Assembly: GCA_028023455.1 (NCBI GenBank)
Contig: JAQFVV010000003.1
Span: 4,588,001 to 4,652,000, forward strand
Origin: Epiperipatus broadwayi
Lineage: Eukaryota; Animalia; Onychophora
DNA: 64,000 bases
Reading direction: 5' to 3'
Shown: positions 54,223-64,000 of the stretch, in pieces
Layout: each line of letters opens with the position of its first letter
Position numbering within the stretch: the first letter of the stretch is position 1
The notes under the pieces: model-generated
What the model was told of the DNA's origin: nothing
Databases searched by the model: none
What the model saw: the letters and a program-made list of their open reading frames with translations, nothing else
Translations under genes and position numbers: made by a program

Positions 54223-54442
54223 TTTAGCTTATAAAGAAGAAAAAGAAATGGCAGTAAAAATAATTGATAACCATCAGATTCAAAAGAAATTTCTGATTAA
54301 ATTTTTACCAAGAGAACTAGAAATTTTAAAAAAGTTAGATCATAAGAATGTCATCAAAGTCTATGATATATTGAGGATTGAGAATAAAACATTTATATTC
54401 ATGGAATTTGTTAGCAATGGTGATCTTCTTGGTTTTGTTAGC
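54223..54442 (+). CDS. TSSK: TSSK-family kinase exon 2 (subdomains II-V)
   Basis: Acceptor TTTGTTTGTAG ending 54222; AA+T=Asn, then LAYKEEKEMAVKII...KFLPRELEILKKLDHKNVIKVY...FIFMEFVSNGDLLGFVS; donor GTGAGT at 54443 (phase 0). The KFLPRE motif is typical of TSSKs. Confidence 0.92.
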
Positions 54443-55598
54443 GTGAGTATTTTTGTATATATGTGTATGTACTTGAATATATATATGAATATAATTTCTT
54501 AATTTGAATATATGCTTATGTGTAATATACATTCAGATATGCAAATATTTATATTTATATAGAACTATAATTTATTCAAACTGATTTCTTTTCCGATATT
54601 TATTGACCAATATCAATGGTCAGCAAATAGCTGAGCAGGAAGCATCTCACAACTGATTTCTAACTAATCACGTTTTTTCAAATAGAAGCCATCAAAATTG
54701 CACTGATCTCTGTTCAGTAATTGACTTTTATTTTAAAAATCAAACACATAGCTTTGAAACAAAGTCAACATTCCTATACATGTATATAAGTTATATAAGT
54801 TTAAAATAAAGTCAGCCATTCTATATTTTTGTGGCGTCACTTTTACAAAGTGATCATTAAATAAAAAATACTGTAAATGTTATGATCATACCCCCCACAA
54901 AATCATTTATTAGAAACTGATTACAAAAGTCTGTCTTTCATATTATTTGTCATTGATTGATTTTATTCATGTTTGCACAAGGACTTTTGGAGATGTATCA
55001 TATTATGTATTGGAATAAGCTGGAAAAGTCATTTTATTAGATATCTGTATGTGATATGTAATAAAATAAATTAGCATATATGCAAATGACTTTTGTAAAT
55101 TTTAGCATAACATAACAAGAGTAGTTATTTTCCTTTTCCTCTAGAGTTATTTAGTGTAGCTTAAGTAATCAAAGGATATCAGTTAGTATAGTCGAGATTA
55201 GGTTTTGGTTGTTGCATTCATCAGTGAGAAAGTAAGATTTAAAGATGAAACCACTGCATTTAAAACATCAAAGTTGTTGTCAGTATATAAAATAATGGAC
55301 CAGTCCTCTCATGCTATATCTATATTTTGTCAAAATAACCCCATCATGTATGCTATATATTTAAAACACTTGGAAAACACGACAGATTTATGATCTATGT
55401 CTAGTATATAACTAACTTATATTAAATATAGGTCACTATTTTAGCATGGTAGCTATTTTAATCTTCAGAAAACCTGGTGAAGTTATTTAACTAAATTGCA
55501 TATATAATAGATTTGCTATTATTTTATAGGACATAGAAATTAATGATCTTATAAATTTATATTTTAATGAAGTAGACAAACATCTATTTATAGATTTT

Positions 55599-55634
<36 letters not shown>

Positions 55635-56609
55635 TATATTAGAAATTATTTGTTTTGAAGATTTTTTTAAAAATTAGATATTTATTTCAGAAGAAAAGGT
55701 ATAAAATATGTAAATATGATTTAATAATTATGTTATAGAGTTATTACTTATACACTATTATGAAAGTGAGTTTTGAACTACCTTCTATTAGCTAATTGCT
55801 TAAGTAAGATATTGGATGTTGTATCACCTTTATGACTTTAAAATAAAACATCTATAATAATCTACTTAATATAAATAAGATTCGAGTCTATTTTGATTTA
55901 TAGTAAGTGATGTTGAGTTTGAAACTGGCCCAATTTAATAATAGTTTATAATTTGGCCATTTTATATAATATCTTATGTCTGTTAGATAATTTAATAGAG
56001 TGTACTTATAAACTCCCAACTCCTCATGTAATGATGATAATGATAATTAATAGCATACTAAGTTGTACTGCATATTTTTTTAAAAAAAATTTACTAATGA
56101 TTTAATTTGACATATTTTATATTTTTAATTGGAACATGAAATAAGTTTATTTTCAATAATTGTGTATATTAAACAAATTGAATTATTAATTAAAATTTTA
56201 ACTTGTTTTCCTTTTGTTCTATTTCGTTGTAATACTATTTAAACACTTTTTAAAAAAATTCTGTTCAGAGTTATGTCCAATTTATAAGATAAAAAAGATT
56301 AACCAGGGATGTTATTTTTAAGTTTTTTCTATAATTTGTTTATTTCTGAATTTTAATTGAAAGCCCCAAGCAAGAAATTAGTCTGAGATATTGAATGTGT
56401 AGGCATTAGATAGGAATTTTAATTCACAAACCTTCTAAGAATACATTGATTACTATGGCCTGCACTGGTTGGTACTACTATTAGGAGAGAGCTGCTACTG
56501 TTGTAAATTATTATATGTTTAAAAGAAAATTTTATTTTACTTATTCTCATAAAAATTAATTAAAATTTGTGTTTTTTTTTTGAGAAATTGTAATTAAAAG
56601 ATTAAAGTA

Positions 56610-56955
56610 TTTATGTTTTAAATTGCACTTTATGCAAAAAAGTGAAGCTTATTATTATTAGAAAAGAATTATATTGCTGAGTGCGTTCAGAGAACTTAAG
56701 TCTCCATATTCATAACCTACTTTAAGTGAAGTTAACTTTGCTTAAAGTAGGCTATGAATATGGAGACTTGAGTTCTCTGAAAGCGCTCAGCCATATAATT
56801 ATTTTCTAGTAATAATAAGTTTCACTTTTTTGTGTAACTTCTTTTAAAGTAGGCTATGAATATGAAGACTTTAAGTTCTCTGACAGTGCTCAGCCATATA
56901 ATTCTTTTCTAATAATAATCAGCTTTACTTTTTAGTGTAAAGCACAATTTAAAAC
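56610..56955. repeat. Foldback element with a duplicated right arm
   Basis: Arm 56645-56725 is inverted against 56742-56820 and again against 56845-56925. Confidence 0.72.
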
Positions 56956-57324
56956 TTACCACTCAAAGGTGCAGTAAAAATTAAGGATTTTAAAGTATTT
57001 ATGGCAACAGGAATAAATTCCAAGCTATATTATAAAAGCAAGTCTAAAAATATTTTTTTATATGAAACAACAAATTGATAAACTAATTCAAATCTATCAA
57101 AACTATAACAGCCAAAACATTACATGAACACCATTTACTATATTTACACATACTGTTAACAACATTAGAAAAGTTTCCAGACAGTAGTAGAAACTAATCT
57201 GAAGATATTGGATGAGCAACCCCTAGATAAGGATTTTATGCACAAACCTTCTTGCATCCATTGATTACTAAGGCTTGCAGTGGGTAGTACTAAGTCAGTT
57301 GCAAAAGTTATAAATTGTAGTGAT

Positions 57325-57369
<45 letters not shown>

Positions 57370-57619
57370 GAATGAAAGATCAAAATAACTCTGTTGGTCA
57401 ATGATATAGCAAAACAAATGGATGGAAAACTATTTTTGAATCAACTCATCTGAATATCAATATGCACAACTGACACATAGATATAACAACCCATCTCACT
57501 TAGCATATATGTGAAATAGTATATTCTGTTAAATATGACAGTTCAATTTGTGGTATAAATGCTATCTTGTTATATTTATCATCCCACATAGATATAATTT
57601 ATTTGCATATAGTTCATTT

Positions 57620-58560
57620 GTTAGCTATAGGCTTGAAAATAATATAATGCAAGATGTGGCAAAAACACTAACTCCACAGCATGACTATCAAGGCATAGAC
57701 AAGAATCAGAATTTGATTCTTTGTCTGCATATACAATTCCATGTGGTATAGGCATACACAAACATCATTTGAAATCTATATTTATTGGTTTAAATGTTTA
57801 TATTTTCACATGGTACTATGCCCAGTAAATTTTGTGAATGCTTTATCAACTGCAACCTGCAATCTTTCTGTACATTTGATTATCAGTTTTTTAAAATTTA
57901 CATTGCACTGCTCTATATATGTAAATCATTACTTATTATACAACATGCAAGAATAAACACGAACACACCATATAAACATAATAATAAATTATTAAACTTT
58001 TTGAGAATCATTATTTTTATAAAATAAGGTTGCCTCAAACTTGGATCAGAACACACAAAATTACTGTACATATTAATTCAAATTTATATAATGTACAACA
58101 TATAATAAGCATAAATTATATTATATAATTTATATGCTACACACACATCAATACAAATGGAAATTAATAAATTACACTATTTATCAAATAATTATAAAAA
58201 AATTAAAATATTTAAAAAAATAAAATTGTATACTTACGAGCCCGATATTCTGCAATTATGGTCACATCCCATGTAAGGCCTTGTACTTGAATGATCAGCA
58301 TATTTTTAATTCATTTTATCTAAATCATGAGGCTGATAAAAATTTTCTGCCTTTATTACCTCATGTAAACTAGAAAATTGACCAAAACAGAAAAAAATTA
58401 AATGCACTTCTTCAGAAAAAAATTGATAAAAAAATCCAAATTTCATTGGATTTTTACAAAAGAAATTTTTAAGACACATCAAATGTCCAGATTTCTGTTG
58501 ATTTCATGCTTATAGTTTTCCCACAATTTAAAAAAGAAAACAAAAATTTCAGCCAATCAG
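57620..58560 (-). mobile_element. piggyBac-like transposase relic, copy 2
   Basis: LQVAVDKAFTKFTGHSTM*KY; colinear with 21500-22560, including the GTAAGT donor at ~58231-36. Confidence 0.5.
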
Positions 58561-58878
58561 CTATACAAACTCATGACATGCTGTAGGAAACAAAGGAGTT
58601 TGGTAATGTGTGATAAAGTTGTAATTAAAAAAAAATTATATAAAAAAGGTAAGGTTAGGGTTCTCTAAAAAATAATGTGTATATGAAGTTGAATTGTCAC
58701 ATGTGCTATATGAACTACTTGACAAAGTTTTCTAATGTATCTATAGTCTGAGAGGTAGTTCTTCTGGGCTGATGGATGGTTGTGATTGTATTGCAAGCAT
58801 GATATAATACATTGGAAGCTTTAGTTATTTCCAGTTTAGTTATACATAAATCATAGAGATTAGTTATCTTGTATAAAT

Positions 58879-59982
58879 TGAAATCATTAGATCAGAGTCA
58901 CACTCCAATAATGTGCTATTGCTTTAAATATTATAAATCTCCATGCACTCACATGTCAATAAGAGTTTAAAAAACTTAAGTGAATCACTTAAGTTTAGAG
59001 TGCATTTCTATAAATACACCAACTTTCACTGACCATGCTAAGTCAGGGCTTGAGTCTATTGAGTGCCTGATGTTATAATCAAATTTTGAATTATACAAAC
59101 CTATTTAACTTATCACAGGAGAAAAACAGTGTCTCATTTTTAACCACTCACAATCAGACAAACTTAACTTATAAATGTAAATCTATTATTATAAAGTGCT
59201 AAAAATCTTGAAATCATTAGATCAGAAGTCGAACTCTGATAATGCGCTATTACTTTAAATATTATAAATCTCTGTGTACTCACACATCAATAAGAGTTTA
59301 AAAAACTTACATGAATCACTTAAGTTTAGAGTGCATTTCTATAAATGCATCAACTTTCACCGACCATGCTAAATCAGGGCTCGAGTCTATTGTGTGCCTA
59401 ATGTTATAATTAAATTTTGAACTGGAGAAATCTATTTAGCCTATCACAGAAAAAAGACAGCATCTCATTTTTAACCACCCATGACTTACAAATGGAAATG
59501 TATTATTATAAAGTGCTGAAAATCTTGAAATCATTAGATCGGAAGTCAAACTCCGATAATGCGCTATTACTTTAAATATTATAAATCTCCATGCATTATC
59601 AGAGTTCGACTTCCAATCTAAATATTTCAAGATTTTCAGCACTTTATAATAATAGATTTACATTTATAAGTTGTGTTTGTCTGATCATGGTTAAAAATGA
59701 GACAGTTTTTCTCCTGTGATAGATTAAATAGATTTGTACAATTCAAAATTTGATTATAACATCAGACACACAATATATTCAAGCCCTGATTTATCATGGT
59801 CAGTGAAAGTTGGTGTATTTATAGAAAGGCACTCTAAACTTAAGTGATTCACTTAAGTTTTTTAAACTCTTACTGACATGTGAATGCATGGAGATTTATA
59901 ATATTTAAAGTAATAGCGCATTATCAGAATTCGACTTCCAATCTAATAATTTCAAGATTTTCAGCATTTTATAATAATAGAT
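58879..59982. repeat. Second tandem-plus-inverted family (~320-330 bp units) with 15-bp TSD
   Basis: GAAATCATTAGATC at 58880, 59210 and 59527; orientation flips at ~59595; reverse units follow with period ~325; TTATCTTGTATAAAT at 58864-78 and 59983-97. Confidence 0.82.
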
Positions 59983-60476
59983 TTATCTTGTATAAATAAC
60001 AGAAGTTTTGAATACAAGAAATTGTTAAATTTAGAATCATCTATTAATAAGCTGGCATCTATAAAAATTGCTATCACTACTGATGAAGAGAAGAGGATTT
60101 AGAAAAAGATTGAAGGTTAGCTGAATGAAGAATTTTTTAAATGTACACATGTGGTTTACTAATAATGTATGCTAGGATTGATTACAAAGGGAAAACATGA
60201 TAGTCAAGTTATAAAAGGAGATAAGAATTTGAATAGAAAAAATATGTAAGAGAAAATTTAAAAACGTGATAAAAATGGTTCATATCAATAAAAATATGCA
60301 TTTTCTTTTATATCCTAAAGCAATAAAATTTCTATATCTGTTTTCAAAAGATTGGAAAGGCAGGGAAACAGGTATAAATAAAGATCTTTTCAGTTTTACA
60401 TCTTACTTGATTTATTTTTTAATACCCTTATAAACTAATTCTACTGTATTTTCTCCCATACCAAACCCTTTTTAAT

Positions 60477-60800
60477 AACTGAAACACAGGCTTATTATAT
60501 ACCTGTGTCTATACAGATGTAATATATAGGGTATATGAGCACAGACTTTCACACAACCCACAAAAAACTTTGACATGTAATTTTACACATGTAAAAAGAT
60601 TTGCTATCTTAATATAAACTGAGTATTGATTATATATATATATGGGAGATGATGATCTGGACCAATTGATGAGTGTAGTTCAGCATGAAATACATATATT
60701 GGAGATCATTTATCTTTTTCACGTGTGTGGTCATGTGTATTGATTGTATGAGATGGATTGGATAGCTGAAGGGAGCTTGAAAGTCTGTGTTCAAATGCCA
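60477..60800. mobile_element. Hammerhead repeat family copy with inversion
   Basis: Antisense arm starts AACTGAAACACAGG at 60477; sense arm has a decayed HHR at 60661-60703 (TTGATGA, ATACATAT). Confidence 0.7.
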
Positions 60801-61786
60801 TTAATTATATGTAAAAATATTTATTTAATTTTTTCCCTTTTTGCACTCAGTAAAGTTGTTGTAAATGAGCATGCAATGTTCCTTATTTGAATTCGATCTA
60901 ACAAATTTTTCAGGTACTTTTTAACACTGATTGGTATTCCCAAGTTAAAATGTTTGACTCTTTTAATCATAAAGAAGGGGTGTAGGGTAATTATAACAAT
61001 ATTTGTAAAGATAGTCATAAATGCATTTAATTTAAAAGAATTTTAAATTAAATGTACAGTATTATCTGCTTATCAATTTGAACTGTTAAGGCAAAAATGT
61101 AAATGCTAAGTAAAGACTTATTACTAATCAATTTGACTGATTTTTAAAAAATGTTTATTCGCAGTATTTAACAATGACCAAATGTGCTTCATAATTTTAT
61201 ATTATGTTTAGTAATTTAAACATCAAATATTCACTAATTCACACTTAGATGCAAATCCAAATCTGATAAAAATAACTTTATCAAGTTTTTATTAAGCTTA
61301 AAAATTTTTTCAGATAATCTTCATGTTGTCATCTCAATTATCTATGAGCAAATGAATATCTAGCTATTTACAATTAGATAATGAAGAATGAAAACCTACT
61401 TTTGTCATAGAACTGTTTGAAGAGGCTGAGGAGTGATACTATCTTCTTTACAATTCCTACTATAAGAGAGGAAGGGTTTAACACATCTTTGTCATCTAGT
61501 GCACTATTTAAAAGCTATTTTACATAGAAAGATTTATACTTAAGCTTGTTTATGGTTTATTATATATCCTTAAATAATGAATGAATATAAATCTATGATT
61601 AAGAATTTACTTGTTGTAAACATAAAATTCTTTATTTACATTTTTTTTGTGTGCTTTATAGATCTGATTTACAAGAAAAAGAAAAGTTTTTATTTGTTAA
61701 TGCATTACTTGATTATTATTCATTGTATTATTACTGTGTTTTTGCAATGTTTGTAAAATAGATATTTAATGTCTATGTATATTTAG

Positions 61787-61964
61787 AGGGAGACCTATTT
61801 GGGTTTCACTGAAAGCCAAGTTCAATCTATTTTTCTTCAACTCGTTGAAGGCCTGGATTATTGTCACCAGAACTCAATTTCTCACCGAGATTTGAAGTTG
61901 GAAAATATACTTCTTACAAATAACAATATTGTCAAACTGTGTGATTTTGGATTTGCAAAACAAG
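61787..61964 (+). CDS. TSSK: TSSK-family kinase exon 3 (catalytic loop and DFG)
   Basis: Acceptor AG at 61785-86 (phase 0); RETYLGFTESQVQSIFLQLVEGLDYCHQNSISHRDLKLENILLTNNNIVKLCDFGFAKQ+G; donor GT at 61965 (phase 1). Confidence 0.93.
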
Positions 61965-64000
61965 GTATTTTATATATATTTTAAAACTTTTATTACTTTC
62001 AAATTGGGTATATATATATGTATGTATAAGCTATTTGTAAGAGTGTTTTTATGATTTAAAAATAACTAAGGATGCAGTGATAAAAAAATTTAATAAAACA
62101 TGATTGTCATCAATGATTTGCCACTATTTTTTATTTTGCTTTCAATAAAAATTATTATAGTGTTTATATTATCTCTTATATAAAATCTCTATTTTGTCTG
62201 TGTTTAAATGATTGTTTGAATGCTATCCTGTTTAATTGGTTGCTTTAACAAATTACAAAAATGACGAATTTGGTAGCTCAAAAAAAAAAAAAACAACAAC
62301 AACCTAACTAAACTGTAATTTATATGACAAACATTTTATGCAAAGGAAGTAATTCCACCCATCTTTTATATTTAATAATCCTTAATTTTTATTATGAAAC
62401 ATATTTTCTGCAAATAAATTCCACCATTAATTAAAACTGATTGGAAACAAAATCAGTACGTGCTTTTAACTATAATATAGAACTGAATAGAAATAGTATT
62501 TAAATCATGAAGAAAATGTGATTACAATACACAAATTCATACTTTGAAATGTGATATTTAGTGAGGGGAAAAACAGATGCTATAGTACTGTATTTATGTT
62601 TAGTTTTGATTAGCATATAATTGAAGTCATGGAGGTTGATATCAAATAGTTCACGTTAATTCCGCCAGTTGCAAAAATGACAGCCTTTCAGTCTGGATAC
62701 ATTTTTCACATTTATTTTTATATTAAATATTTTGTTTAATTTACATTAAATCTTAAATGTTTTTTATTAAAGCAACCAATTAAAAATAAGGATGGTATTT
62801 ACATAGGCTAATACATCTTGTATTATATATATAGAATGTGAATCTGGAATATATATATATAATGTAATAGTCAGCCAAGAGTTACAGGTATGGCCAATAA
62901 CCGCCATCAGAGGGTGCCACTAGATTTACCATTTAGAATTTCTTGCATTAAAGCACCAGTCTTCATTGGGTATTTAACAACTGATGTTTATATAGGATGA
63001 TTATAATTTACTGGTGAGGACATCTAATCACAGATCCCTCCAAAGCCTTCAACAGTTATGCTACTAATAACATAATTTATGTCTACTAGATCATGGATAT
63101 CTAGAGACTTGTAAAAGTATTCAATTGGTCATAGCATATGATATTTCAATAATAATAATAAAAAAAACACATATGATTTTATTGCTTGAAAGTTCATCAG
63201 AAGTTCAAGTGTCAGAGTCAATCCTGGGACCTCTTGATTCTACATTGGATTCTCTACCACTGCACCAAACTGCACACAGCAAAAGAAATGCTAATGGCAT
63301 TATTACTCATGAATTCATAAGATGGTCAAGTACCAGAACTGAATGCACTAGAATCGATTCTGGAATGAGTAATAAAAGGGAGCTACTAAAACAAAAATAA
63401 TAACAGAAATTTATTATAAATTCATTAAGTTACATTAAACATGCACTATAATTGTATTTAGCTATTGTATTTTCTAAATAATTGGGATAATGTAATTGCT
63501 ATTGAACCTATTTATATATACAATTACCTCAATGAGTCTCAATTCTAAACATTAGTTCATGTGCATTTCTAAAATCATTTCTGAATGCCACCATGGTCCA
63601 AGTTTCCATAGTAAATTAATAATATCAGTTATTTAATTAATAACGGTTGTTTATGCATGATAAAGTTAAATTCAATGTGTGTGCACATATGTATTGCTTT
63701 GGAATTTTATTTAGCAGGCAACACTTGCACAGACTCCTTTCAAGCATCTTATGTAGTGACTTGTATGAATATTACATATTCTTAATACTTTGTAAAATAT
63801 GTATTCAGTAAGACACAAGATAATTATCATCATACAAATTAATTGCATAATAATTTATAAATACCTGAAGTACATCTAAAATATAATCATACAAATAATT
63901 AATTGTAGTATACTTCAAATTCTAAAGAATGAGCATGTGAATCATTGATAAACAGAGAGTGTACATCAAAAATATATCTCAAAATAAGGCAAATAAAACT

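Noticed and set aside
62880-63400. Candidate TSSK exon 4 or the 91-aa ORF at 63125-63400
   Set aside because: No kinase subdomain VIII motifs in any phase-compatible frame.

Overview
Very AT-rich metazoan genomic DNA, mostly intronic/intergenic and dense in transposon relics. The only recognisable host coding sequence is a testis-specific Ser/Thr kinase (TSSK1/2-like). Exons 1-3 lie at 26951-27171, 54223-54442 and 61787-61964. A terminal exon whose splice phase matches exon 3 lies UPSTREAM at 17453-17856, so the order is 4-1-2-3 (tandem paralogues, rearrangement or misassembly). The most striking signal is a ~475-485 bp repeat family at 7 loci that carries a type-I hammerhead ribozyme with a bulged helix I and a loopless palindromic helix III (ATACGTAT), consistent with a retrozyme or Penelope-like pLTR derivative. 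It inserts as tandem units plus a head-to-head inversion flanked by 11-15 bp target duplications. A second ~325 bp family (58879-59982) shows the same insertion signature but no recognisable hammerhead. A third, damaged hammerhead candidate sits at ~10.2 kb. A diverged ~3.3 kb inverted duplication (30.9-39.35 kb vs 44.1-49.3 kb) supplies empty-site controls for four insertions. Also present: five Merlin (IS1595-like) elements with 8-bp TSDs (one nested), two LTRs with ATAT TSDs, two tRNA-derived SINEs with TSDs, an L1/Tx1 fragment, decayed LINEs, piggyBac-like relics and foldback MITEs. All alignments were made by eye; no database searches were run.
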